NCBI GenBank assembly: GCA_026387355.1
Contig: JAPLLW010000008.1
Location: 1,016-65,015 of the forward strand
DNA from: Candidatus Omnitrophota bacterium
GTDB lineage: Bacteria; Omnitrophota; Gorgyraeia; Gygaellales; Profunditerraquicolaceae
Direction: 5' to 3'
Length of the DNA: 64,000 nucleotides
The translations under genes and the position numbers were made by a program. Of this stretch, positions 28,822 to 37,625 are shown piece by piece (position 1 is the stretch's first letter; each line of letters begins with the position of its first letter). The notes beneath the pieces were generated by a model. It was not told the DNA's origin, ran no database searches, and saw only the letters and a list, made by a program, of their open reading frames with translations.

Positions 28822-29418
28822 ATGAGAATAATGAGTTTATTTTTGGTTTTTCTTCTGGTTTTCTTTTGCTACGGGGCAAGTTTTGCTCAGGATCCAGTTG
28901 CTAAACAATATTTTGACGAAGGTCAGATGCATCTTGAAGCGGGTAACTATAATCAGGCGATTGAAAGTTTCCGGATGGCAGTATCCCTGGAAGATGATTA
29001 TACTGATGCTTATATTGAAATGGGTGTTGCCTATAAAGAAAAGGGTGATTTTGATAAGGCAATAATATATTTGGAGAAAGCTATTTCTATAGTAGGTAAT
29101 GTTTTTGAACCAGCCTATCTTTCTGATGCCTTCACTAATCTAGGCGTAATTTATTTAAAGAAAGGCAATTTTGACCGGGCTTTTAAGTATTTAAAGCAGG
29201 CGGTTTTCATAAATCCAAGTTCAAGTCTTACCTATAATAATTTGGGCCTGTTTTATCTAGCAAAAGGATCTTTTGATGAGGCTATAGATAATTTTTATAA
29301 AGCCATTTCTTTGAATCCGGATCCTTCCAATGAGGCAAATCGTAATTTAGCTATCGCTTACGAAGAAAAGAAGAATGCCTTAGAAGGTAAGCCAGCGCAG
29401 GCACATTTAAACAAATAG
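28822..29418 (+). CDS. Secreted TPR-repeat protein
   Basis: Signal peptide followed by 4-5 TPR-like 34-aa repeats (AxxxLxxAxxxxP pattern with conserved G/Y/N positions). Confidence 0.7.
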   Translation: MRIMSLFLVFLLVFFCYGASFAQDPVAKQYFDEGQMHLEAGNYNQAIESFRMAVSLEDDYTDAYIEMGVAYKEKGDFDKAIIYLEKAISIVGNVFEPAYLSDAFTNLGVIYLKKGNFDRAFKYLKQAVFINPSSSLTYNNLGLFYLAKGSFDEAIDNFYKAISLNPDPSNEANRNLAIAYEEKKNALEGKPAQAHLNK

Positions 29419-29450
29419 CCCGATTGCTATCTAAAAAAGTTGATTTTTAA

Positions 29451-30638
29451 ATGAGGTGTGCTATAATAAAAACAATGAAATTGCCGTTACCTATTGTTCT
29501 ATTAACCTGCGTTTTACTTTTAACTTTTTCTAGCGTAGTGTTAGGTGAAAGTAACCCCGTCATTAAGGATTCATCAGTAGCTATTCCTATTGGGCAGGAA
29601 GTCATTGCCCCAGCAGATAAAATATTAATTACTATTTGGAGAAAGCCGGATCATTCTGAAATAGAGCTCGACGGTAATTTCGCAGTAGATAAAGATGGAT
29701 TTGTAAATCTCTCTACCATTGGCCAGATTAAGGCCGCAGGCCTGTCTATCCCGCAATTAAAAGAAGAGCTTATTAAGCAGGCAGGTCGGTTTCTAAAGTC
29801 TCCTGAGGTTGCTGTAAGCCCGGCGAAAATCCAGGATAGCGAACCAGGTGTGTTTTCTAAAAAGGAAGAGATAGATAAGCTAGTTGCAGAACAATCAAGA
29901 GATAGAAGGAAGCAGATGGCCAGGGATAGGGATGATATAGTAGAGGCGCAAGAGGGTTATGATATTGGTATTAAAAAGAATAAGTCCCGCACGGCTAAGG
30001 TTAAGCCAAATGTTGTAAGATATACCTCTATCTTAGAAGAAAGAAAGCCTGCAGAGTACACTATTAATATAGATGATGTTTTGGATGTTACGGTTTGGCA
30101 AAACCCGGAACTTTCCAAAGAAGTCACCGTGCGTTCTGACGGAAGGATTACCCTGCTTCTGGCCGGGGATGTTCAGGCAGCGGGGCTTACGACTACACAA
30201 TTAAAAGACGAGATAGCTAAGAAACTCGGCACTTATGTAATTAATCCGCAGGTAGCAGTAACATTAAAGAAATTCGGCGGTAAAAGGATAGTGGTTTTAG
30301 GTGAAGTCAGGCAGCCGGGTACCTATAAGCTTGATGCAAATGCGCGTTTAATGGAGGCTATCGGGATGGCTGAAGGGTTTACGGACAAATCTTTTACAGG
30401 AAGCGTTCTTTTGGCAAGAGCCGATTCTTATGGTAATCCGCGCATTTTTATTATTGATACTTATGATATCATGGGTAGGGGCAGGGTTGACAAAAATATA
30501 ATTCTTCAACAGTTTGATGTAGTCTATGTACCTCGTACAAAGATTTGGAATGTTGTAAACTTGCTAAAGCCTTTCGCTGATCTGATTGCCGAGGTTAAGA
30601 CAGCCTCTAACAACTCTCAGATGATGTTTGTTGAATAA
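29451..30638 (+). CDS. wza: Wza-like outer-membrane polysaccharide export protein (Poly_export plus SLBB domains)
   Basis: Two 'DxL...(I/V)...DGx(I/V)xLxxxGx(I/V)xAAGL(S/T)xxQL' export modules, e.g. 'DVLDVTVWQNPELSKEVTVRSDGRITLLLAGDVQAAGLTTTQLK'; signal peptide present. Confidence 0.8.
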   Translation: MRCAIIKTMKLPLPIVLLTCVLLLTFSSVVLGESNPVIKDSSVAIPIGQEVIAPADKILITIWRKPDHSEIELDGNFAVDKDGFVNLSTIGQIKAAGLSIPQLKEELIKQAGRFLKSPEVAVSPAKIQDSEPGVFSKKEEIDKLVAEQSRDRRKQMARDRDDIVEAQEGYDIGIKKNKSRTAKVKPNVVRYTSILEERKPAEYTINIDDVLDVTVWQNPELSKEVTVRSDGRITLLLAGDVQAAGLTTTQLKDEIAKKLGTYVINPQVAVTLKKFGGKRIVVLGEVRQPGTYKLDANARLMEAIGMAEGFTDKSFTGSVLLARADSYGNPRIFIIDTYDIMGRGRVDKNIILQQFDVVYVPRTKIWNVVNLLKPFADLIAEVKTASNNSQMMFVE

Positions 30639-30670
30639 ATTACAGGTGTAGTTCTATATCTAACTATTTT

Positions 30671-30765
30671 GGTCCAGGTTCCAGTATTGTATTTTCTGCG
30701 ATATATGTCGGTAAGAATTGTTTTAATCCCCGCTAGATCTTTAATCGCCATAGATATTTTTAATA
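30671..30765. repeat. Degenerate about 95-nt copy of the comM 3' coding end (direct repeat of 32127..32221)
   Basis: About 70% nucleotide identity to 32127-32221 in the same orientation, with the shared blocks 'taagaattg' and 'atatttttaata'. The minus-strand translation still shows remnants ('I.KI', 'IQY', 'LD') of the ComM C-terminus but is interrupted by stops. Confidence 0.6.
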
Positions 30766-30903
30766 AATAAAGTAATTAACGTTTAATATAGGCAGTATAG
30801 TATCCGCAAGGGGCGAATTACCTTAAGTTACGATTAGAATCAATCTCCGTACCACTTGTTTGTGTTATAATTATAAACAAAAATTGTATAAACTTAAAGC
30901 AAT

Positions 30904-32118
30904 ATGAATATCGATAAAGCAAGAAGAATTGACTATTGGATTGGGGTGCCTTTGTGTTTTTTGCTAAGTTGCCTAAATTTTGTTCAAAGATTAGTTTGTT
31001 TTAAGCAAAAAAATGCGGGCCCACCCAAGAGAATTCTCTTGATAAAACTTTCAGAGTTGGGCACCATCATTCTGGCATATCCGCTTTTAAATCGGATAAA
31101 AAAAGAATATCCCTGTGCAGAGTTATTTTTTGTAACGTTCAGCAGAAACCGGGGTATTTTTAAATTATTAGGAGGGATAGTTCCCGACAAGAATATCTTG
31201 GGGATACGGGAAGAGAGGCGCTTTCTTATATTAGATACATTAAGTGCGATTAAGAGATTACGTCAAGAAGGGATAGATGTTACTTTTGATTTGGAGTTTT
31301 TCTCGCGATTTTCGGCAGCATTAGCTTATCTTGTTAAATCTAGCAAAAGAATAGGTTTTTATCACTATGCTTTTGAAGGGTTATATAGAGGAAATCTTTT
31401 AACCCATAAAATACAGTACAATCCTTTAAGTCACATAACTAAGAATTATTTATCTCTAGTTCAAGACATCGAGCAGTCAGGTAAGAACATGCCTCAATTG
31501 GCAGAAACAATAGAAGAAAGAGAAGTAGTATTTCCAAAATATGCTTCGCACAATGAAGTAAAAGATAAGGTATTGAAGAAAATCAGAGAGGCCGGGGTGG
31601 ATCCAGACAAAAATAAGCTGTTGCTTATTAATCCTGGTGAAGGTATGTTGCCGTTAAGAGAATGGCCTATAGAGAACTTCATTCTTTTGTCAAAGCTAAT
31701 CCTAGAAAATAACAATAATTCTGTAATCTTAATTGGTACAGAAGGAGTATCTGGGAAAGCTTGCGCAATTTTAAGGGCGATAAATAACCCAAGGTGCATA
31801 AGCTTGGTTAAACAGACACAACTCGACGAACTCTTAGAACTTTTTAATATTTCACAAGCTTTAATCTCCAATGATTGCGGTCTAGCGCATTTAGCGATGC
31901 TCTCCCCTATTAGGAAATTCATTATTTTTGGTCCGGAAAGTCCGCAAATATTTGGTCCGCTAGGAATTAATAACCGGATAATATATGCGAATTGGCCTTG
32001 CTCTCCGTGTTTATCAGTGCTTAACCATAGGGGCTCTTTATGCAAGGATAATTGGTGCTTAAGGAATATAAAAACTGAAGATGTTTATGGATTGATTAAG
32101 AATGAAGTGAAATTTTAA
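30904..32118 (+). CDS. Glycosyltransferase family 9 (heptosyltransferase-like), distinct from the 8722 copy
   Basis: 'ILLIKLSELGTIILAYPLLNRIKKEYP' and 'ISNDCGLAHLAMLSPIRKFIIFGPESPQIFGP'. Confidence 0.7.
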   Translation: MNIDKARRIDYWIGVPLCFLLSCLNFVQRLVCFKQKNAGPPKRILLIKLSELGTIILAYPLLNRIKKEYPCAELFFVTFSRNRGIFKLLGGIVPDKNILGIREERRFLILDTLSAIKRLRQEGIDVTFDLEFFSRFSAALAYLVKSSKRIGFYHYAFEGLYRGNLLTHKIQYNPLSHITKNYLSLVQDIEQSGKNMPQLAETIEEREVVFPKYASHNEVKDKVLKKIREAGVDPDKNKLLLINPGEGMLPLREWPIENFILLSKLILENNNNSVILIGTEGVSGKACAILRAINNPRCISLVKQTQLDELLELFNISQALISNDCGLAHLAMLSPIRKFIIFGPESPQIFGPLGINNRIIYANWPCSPCLSVLNHRGSLCKDNWCLRNIKTEDVYGLIKNEVKF

Positions 32119-33671
32119 ATTCGGTGGTCTAGGCTTCTGTACTGTATTGCCTCAGAAATATGCTCGATAAGAATTGCTTCAGCTCCCGTTAAATCCGCAA
32201 TCGTTCTGGATATTTTTAATATCTTATCATAGGCTCGCGCAGATAATCCTAACTCATGCATAGCCTGTTTTAGTAATTCTTTAGCCGGCGTATCCAGGAT
32301 ACAGTATTTTCGGATCAACTTCGCGTTCATTGCCGCATTACAAAATATTCCATCAGTTTTTAATCTCTCCCTTTGAACCTCACGGGATTTCTCAACGCGG
32401 TTTTTGATTGCTACGGAAGGTTCCGCATCTTTTGTATCAGTTAAATCTCGGTACTTTATGGAAGATAATTCAATGTGTATATCAATTCTATCTAAGAGAG
32501 GTCCGGATATTTTAGCCATGTAATTTGCAATCTTATTTGGATTGCAATGGCAGGTTTTACGAGGGTCACTGTAATAACCGCAGGGGCAGGGGTTCATTGC
32601 GGCCACTAAAGTAAATGTTGCCGGAAAGGTAAGTGATTTGAATATCCGCGATACGCGTATTGAACCGTCTTCCAAGGGTTGTCTTAGGCTCTCTAAACAG
32701 TCGCGCCGGAATTCTGGCAATTCGTCCAGGAAAAGTACTCCTTGATGCGCCAGGCTTATTTCTCCCGGCATAGGTACCGAGCCTCCGCCAATCAGCGCTA
32801 CGCTGGATATACTGTGGTGTAGAGAACGAAACGGCCGGGTAGCTATAATACCATCTTTATTTGGCAAGATTCCCATAACCGAGTGGATCTTGCTTATTTC
32901 TAGCGCTTCTTCTAATGTTAGGTCCGGCATAATGGTGGGTACTCTTTTTGCAAGCATGGTCTTGCCGCTTCCTGGAGGGCCAATCATCAGAATATTATGT
33001 CCTCCGGCAACAGCTACCTCCATCGCCCTTTTTGCAAGGTATTGGCCTTTTACTTCCGAGAAATCAATATTATAACGGTTGTTTTCTTTGAATAAATCTT
33101 CTAAGTCTAGCTTAAATGGCTTAAGCATACTCGGATTGCTAAGAAACTCCACGCTTTCTTTAAGCGATTTAAGCGAGAATACAGATGTTCTCGAGACTAT
33201 AGATGCTTCTTTGGCGTTTAGTTCGGGAATGATTATATTATTGGTTGATGGGTTGTTTAATCTTGCTATAGCCATAGCTATGGGCAAGGCGCCTTTAATT
33301 GATTTGAGTGAGCCGTCCAAGGAAAGCTCTCCTAAAACAAAATAGTTTTTAAGTCCTTCTTTATTTAGCTGTTCAGTTGCTGCAAGAATGCCTAAAGCGA
33401 TGGGTAAGTCAAAGCAAGCGCCCTCTTTTTTAACCCCCGAAGGTGCTAAGCTTACGGTAATTCTCTCCGGTGGCCAGTAGAATCCGGAATTCTTAATTGC
33501 TGACCGGACTCGCTCCTTGCTTTCTTTGACTGCTGAATCAGGAAGCCCGACCAGGTTTAGGGCTGGTAGTCCACCTGAAACATCAACCTCAATCTCTACC
33601 GGGTAGCCTTCTATCCCTTGTAAGCCAAAACTCAATACTTTAGCAAGCATCAGCTCCTCCATGTTTACCAT
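32115..33671 (-). CDS. comM: ComM/YifB-family Mg-chelatase-like AAA+ ATPase
   Basis: N-terminal Lon-like domain; Walker A 'GPPGSGKT'; 'VLFLDELPEF'; C-terminal 'HHSISSVALIGGG'-type ChlI region. Confidence 0.85.
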   Translation of the reverse strand: MVNMEELMLAKVLSFGLQGIEGYPVEIEVDVSGGLPALNLVGLPDSAVKESKERVRSAIKNSGFYWPPERITVSLAPSGVKKEGACFDLPIALGILAATEQLNKEGLKNYFVLGELSLDGSLKSIKGALPIAMAIARLNNPSTNNIIIPELNAKEASIVSRTSVFSLKSLKESVEFLSNPSMLKPFKLDLEDLFKENNRYNIDFSEVKGQYLAKRAMEVAVAGGHNILMIGPPGSGKTMLAKRVPTIMPDLTLEEALEISKIHSVMGILPNKDGIIATRPFRSLHHSISSVALIGGGSVPMPGEISLAHQGVLFLDELPEFRRDCLESLRQPLEDGSIRVSRIFKSLTFPATFTLVAAMNPCPCGYYSDPRKTCHCNPNKIANYMAKISGPLLDRIDIHIELSSIKYRDLTDTKDAEPSVAIKNRVEKSREVQRERLKTDGIFCNAAMNAKLIRKYCILDTPAKELLKQAMHELGLSARAYDKILKISRTIADLTGAEAILIEHISEAIQYRSLDHRI

Positions 33672-33818
33672 TTATCAGCAAGCTTCCAATCTAATAGACG
33701 CAAAAAACAATGAAATCTAACCAAAATTTCATAAATAATGCTGAATTTGGGATAAATTAGCAGGAGGCGAGAGAAGAAATTACTTGCAATTTAATGCCGA
33801 GATTATATAATAACTCTC

Positions 33819-34376
33819 ATGCATAAGAATGTATTGCGCAATATTATTATACTGCTTTTGGCAAGCAGCTTGGTTTTTTTGGTAGTCAGGTATATTTCTT
33901 CTCTTAAGGGTCAGGTTAGAACGCTTGAAAATCAGAAGCAAAACTTATTGCAGGAACTAGAGAAAGAAAAAATTGTTGTGCAGGACTTGAATATAAAAAA
34001 TACGGGTTTAAAGAAGAATCTAAAAGCTACATATAAAAGATTAAACAAATCATTCCAGGAGCTAGATGTGCAGGAGACTAAATTTGAGCAGTTAAGCTCA
34101 AAGTTCTCTTTATTAAAAGCAGAGAATAGCGCGCTTTTAACGGAAAAAGATGGGCTGGTTAAAGAAAACGAAGGTTTGAAAGTAAAATTAAGTTCAGTTA
34201 AAGAGCTTAAGAAGGCTATCCAAGAGCTTAAGCATGGCAAGGTGCTGATGGATGGGAATCGCGGATTTCTAGTAAAAGATGGCCAGTCAACCGCTGTTTC
34301 AAGGGTTAAGATAGAAGTGATCCCCGCCACAGAGAGCAATAATGAAAGAAATACTCTTCCAGTTATCTCAAAATAA
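33819..34376 (+). CDS. Membrane-anchored coiled-coil protein (hypothetical)
   Basis: N-terminal TM followed by heptad-rich sequence (LQELEKEK..., LKAENSALLTEKDGLVKENEGLKVKL). Confidence 0.4.
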   Translation: MHKNVLRNIIILLLASSLVFLVVRYISSLKGQVRTLENQKQNLLQELEKEKIVVQDLNIKNTGLKKNLKATYKRLNKSFQELDVQETKFEQLSSKFSLLKAENSALLTEKDGLVKENEGLKVKLSSVKELKKAIQELKHGKVLMDGNRGFLVKDGQSTAVSRVKIEVIPATESNNERNTLPVISK

Positions 34377-34788
34377 GATTTTTCTTACCACTCTCTCTGC
34401 CTGGTTTATTGCTCAGGCGATTAAGGTGTTTTTGGGGGTGTTGCGAAATAAAAGGTTTGATTTTCGTTTGTTTGTAGGAACCGGCGGCATGCCCTCAAGC
34501 CATGCGGCAGGCGCATCCTGTTTGGCTACCGCAGTAGGTCTCGAATATGGATTTAACAGCGCTTACTTTGCTTTAGCTGCTTCATTCGCAATTGTGGTTA
34601 TGTTTGATGCTCAAGGGGTTCGCAGGGCGACAGGAAGGCAGGCGCGTATTCTAAATAAAATAACAGATGATATTTATTGGCAAGGTAAAATTCACGATGG
34701 TCGGCTGCGTGAACTTATTGGGCATACGCCAATTGAGGTTATCGCCGGGTTTTTGCTCGGTATTTTAATAGCAATATTAGCACAATAG
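34342..34788 (+). CDS. Divergent PAP2 / DUF212 family membrane protein
   Basis: 'GGMPSSHAA' phosphatase-like motif; about 4 TM helices. Confidence 0.6.
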   Translation: MKEILFQLSQNKIFLTTLSAWFIAQAIKVFLGVLRNKRFDFRLFVGTGGMPSSHAAGASCLATAVGLEYGFNSAYFALAASFAIVVMFDAQGVRRATGRQARILNKITDDIYWQGKIHDGRLRELIGHTPIEVIAGFLLGILIAILAQ

Positions 34789-34801
34789 GAGGGGGAGTAG
34801 A

Positions 34802-35617
34802 GTGAATAAGAAAATCTTAATAATTGTTGGCGTAGTAGTAATCGGGTTAATTTTATTCTTATTTTTTGCCGCGAATAAGAATAGTTCTGGGTTATCTTTA
34901 CAGAAGTCCATCACCCCTTCTGCGCAAGTTTTATTAAATCAGGCAAAGGACTTACAGAATAAAGGAGATCTTTTAGGAGCAAAAGATGTTTACCAGAGAT
35001 TAGTAAATGATTTCTCGAATTCTTCGGAGGCGATGAATTGGCAGAAGAAGTCGGAAGAGATTAATGTGAAGCTCTTATTCTCTGCGAATATAACTCCTAA
35101 AAGCGTACTTTATGAAATTAAACCCGGAGATACTCTTAATAAAATCGCCAGAGAATTTAAGACTACCTCGGATTTGATAAAAAAGAGTAATGATCTAGCC
35201 GGCGATCGGATTATCCCGGGTAGAAAGATTAAGGTTTGGAATGCGCCATTTAGTATCCTGGTTGATAAATCACAAAATATCCTGATTCTCAAGAGCGACG
35301 AAGAGATAATTAAGACTTATATTGTTTCTACCGGTAAGAATAATTCAACTCCCGTTGGTAATTTTAAAATTAACTCTAAGTTAATTAATCCTACCTGGTT
35401 TAAGGCTGGTGCAGTTGTTCCGGCTGGCACCCCTGAAAATATCCTTGGTACCCGCTGGTTGGGTATAGATGTACCTAGCTACGGGATACATGGGACAACC
35501 GAACCGCAGAGCTTAGGTAGGCAGGTAACCCAGGGTTGCGTGCGCATGAGCAACCCGGAAGTTGAAGAACTGTATACCATTGTCCCCATCGGAACAGAAG
35601 TAACTATTGTCGATTAA
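34802..35617 (+). CDS. LysM-domain L,D-transpeptidase (YkuD family)
   Basis: LysM 'YEIKPGDTLNKIAREFKTTSDLIKKSNDL'; catalytic 'HGT...SLGRQVTQGCVRM'. Confidence 0.8.
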   Translation: MNKKILIIVGVVVIGLILFLFFAANKNSSGLSLQKSITPSAQVLLNQAKDLQNKGDLLGAKDVYQRLVNDFSNSSEAMNWQKKSEEINVKLLFSANITPKSVLYEIKPGDTLNKIAREFKTTSDLIKKSNDLAGDRIIPGRKIKVWNAPFSILVDKSQNILILKSDEEIIKTYIVSTGKNNSTPVGNFKINSKLINPTWFKAGAVVPAGTPENILGTRWLGIDVPSYGIHGTTEPQSLGRQVTQGCVRMSNPEVEELYTIVPIGTEVTIVD

Positions 35618-35624
35618 ATAACTT

Positions 35625-36572
35625 ATGGCCGGATTAGACTTCGAAAAACCTATTGTTGAGTTAGAAAAGAAGATCCAAGAGCTAAAGAATTTTATCTCGG
35701 AAAAGAAGATAGATCTTTCATCTGAGGTTAAGCGCCTTGAAGATAAGCTGGAGCATCTTAAAAAAGATACCTATAGCAATATTTCTGCTTGGCAAAGAGT
35801 TCAGCTTTCTCGTCATCCGCAGAGGCCCTATACGCTGGATTATATCGGATTACTTATGTCTGATTTTATAGAGCTGCACGGCGATAGATTATTTTCGGAT
35901 GATTTAGCAATCATCTCAGGATTTGCTAAGCTCGACAAACAAAAAATAGCGGTTATTGGTCATCAGAAGGGCAGGGATACTAAGGAAAATCTAAAGCGCA
36001 ATTTTGGTTGCGCCCATCCCGAAGGTTACCGTAAGGCCTTACGTGTAATGCATATGGCTGAAAGATTTGATTTACCGGTTGTGATTTTTATTGATACCCC
36101 CGGAGCATATCCTGGGATAGGAGCTGAAGAACGCGGTCAATCGCAGGCAATAGCTGAAAATTTAAGAGAGATGATTTTGATAGCTACGCCAATTGTCTCT
36201 GTAGTTATAGGAGAAGGTGGTTCCGGAGGCGCCCTGGGTGTTGGGGTGGCTGACCGGGTATGTGTTTTAGAGAATTCTTATTATTCAGTTATCTCTCCTG
36301 AAGGTTGCGCGGCAATTCTCTGGAAGGACGGATCAAAAGCGCCTCATGCAGCAGAGGTGCTTAAGCTTACTGGAGAAGACCTGCTTAAGCTCGGCGTTAT
36401 TGATGAAATTATACCTGAGCCTTTGGGTGGCGCGCATCGCAATCCTAAAGAAACATCCGAGAATCTAAAGAATACGCTTCTTAAGAATCTTAAAGAGCTT
36501 AAGTCTTTTTCTAAGGAAGAACTTTTAAAATTGCGGTATAGTAAATTCCGCGATATGGGTATAGTAGCATGA
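35625..36572 (+). CDS. accA: Acetyl-CoA carboxylase carboxyltransferase alpha subunit
   Basis: 'ARHPQRPYTLDYI', 'FIDTPGAYPGIGAEERGQSQAIAENL', 'VIGEGGSGGALG'. Confidence 0.9.
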   Translation: MAGLDFEKPIVELEKKIQELKNFISEKKIDLSSEVKRLEDKLEHLKKDTYSNISAWQRVQLSRHPQRPYTLDYIGLLMSDFIELHGDRLFSDDLAIISGFAKLDKQKIAVIGHQKGRDTKENLKRNFGCAHPEGYRKALRVMHMAERFDLPVVIFIDTPGAYPGIGAEERGQSQAIAENLREMILIATPIVSVVIGEGGSGGALGVGVADRVCVLENSYYSVISPEGCAAILWKDGSKAPHAAEVLKLTGEDLLKLGVIDEIIPEPLGGAHRNPKETSENLKNTLLKNLKELKSFSKEELLKLRYSKFRDMGIVA

Positions 36573-37084
36573 TTGAGCAGGAGCTATTACTATTAGGTTT
36601 GCTTCGCGAAAGCCCTAAGCACGGCTATAACATTAAGATTGAAATTAAGAGAATCTTGTCACTGTTTGCCGGAGTGGAGTTAAAATCTATTTATTATCCA
36701 TTGCGTATACTTGAAAATAAGGGATTAGTGGTTAAGCGGGTATTAAAACCTGGAAAAAGGCCCAAGCGTATTGTCTATGCCTTGACCAAGAAGGGTCTTG
36801 AGCGCTTTGACGAACTTTTAAGTAAAAGCCTGCTTAATTTCAAAAGGCCGCAGTTTAGTTTAGACTTAAGTTTATATTTTCTGCATTATTTGAAGCCGAC
36901 AGTTGCCCGGCGTAGACTGCGGGCACGGTTGCATATATTAAATAAGATCTCGCTTGAACTGGAGAAGATGTTTCATACCCAAGAGAGGAGAAAGAATCTT
37001 TCCTTACGCAGAATATTAGAGCATAATTTTAAGGCCCTTGAAGCGGAGGAGATTTTTCTCTCTAATTTGATTAAAACGATTTAA
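36569..37084 (+). CDS. PadR-like transcriptional regulator
   Basis: Winged-helix N-terminus 'LLLGLLRESPKHGYNIKIEIKRIL...YYPLRILENKGLV'. Confidence 0.5.
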   Translation: MIEQELLLLGLLRESPKHGYNIKIEIKRILSLFAGVELKSIYYPLRILENKGLVVKRVLKPGKRPKRIVYALTKKGLERFDELLSKSLLNFKRPQFSLDLSLYFLHYLKPTVARRRLRARLHILNKISLELEKMFHTQERRKNLSLRRILEHNFKALEAEEIFLSNLIKTI

Positions 37085-37096
37085 CCCTCATTTAGC

Positions 37097-37150
37097 TTGA
37101 CAGAGGGTAATTTTTGTGGCATATTATTAATGGCATTAATATTTAATGCC
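37097..37150 (+). promoter_or_regulatory. Putative sigma70-type promoter (TTGACA-17 nt-CATATT) with an overlapping perfect palindrome GGCATTAA-TAT-TTAATGCC; likely MarR operator
   Basis: TTGACA at 37097-37102, 17-nt spacer, CATATT at 37120-37125; 8-bp inverted repeat with 3-nt spacer at 37132-37150, directly upstream of RBS GGGGG and the ATG at 37173. Confidence 0.4.
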
Positions 37151-37172
37151 TTTAATAATAAAGGGGGTTAAT

Positions 37173-37625
37173 ATGAAACTTTCTGCTCATGATTTTGCAG
37201 ACCAAATGAACGAAGTTATGCCTGTGATCTTAAAAAGATTTGTGCGCATGCAAGCTGAGGAATTGAATAAAGGCCAGATTACCCCGCCTCAAATATTGAT
37301 ATTAGAATTTCTAAACAGAAAAGGACCCTCAAAGATGACGGATATCGCCCGTTTTATGGGTACAAGTACAGCTGCTTCAACCGGGATTGTGAATAGACTG
37401 GTTAAGTCTGGTTATGTAATCAGGTCTTTTGACGAAAATGACCGTAGAATTGTTAAGATAAAGATAAATCCTAAGGGGTTGGATTTAGCAAAAAAGATAT
37501 CTTTTAACCGGCGGAATATGTTAATTAATATTTTCGGTAGGATTTCAGAGCAAGACCGTTTTGATTATTTGCGCATACTTAAAAAGATTAAAGATAATTT
37601 AATTGAGGAAGGCGATCAAGGATAA
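37173..37625 (+). CDS. MarR-family transcriptional regulator
   Basis: 'ITPPQILILEFLNRKGPSKMTDIARFMGTSTAASTGIVNRLVKSGYV...DRR' winged HTH. The start is moved to the ATG at 37173 (RBS aaggggg at 37161-37167) because the ORF-track start at 37146 falls inside the operator palindrome. Confidence 0.75.
   Translation: MKLSAHDFADQMNEVMPVILKRFVRMQAEELNKGQITPPQILILEFLNRKGPSKMTDIARFMGTSTAASTGIVNRLVKSGYVIRSFDENDRRIVKIKINPKGLDLAKKISFNRRNMLINIFGRISEQDRFDYLRILKKIKDNLIEEGDQG

Noticed and set aside
35625-36572. accA present without accD/accB/accC neighbours, considered as an anomaly
   Set aside because: accA and accD are commonly unlinked in bacterial genomes, so an isolated accA is normal.
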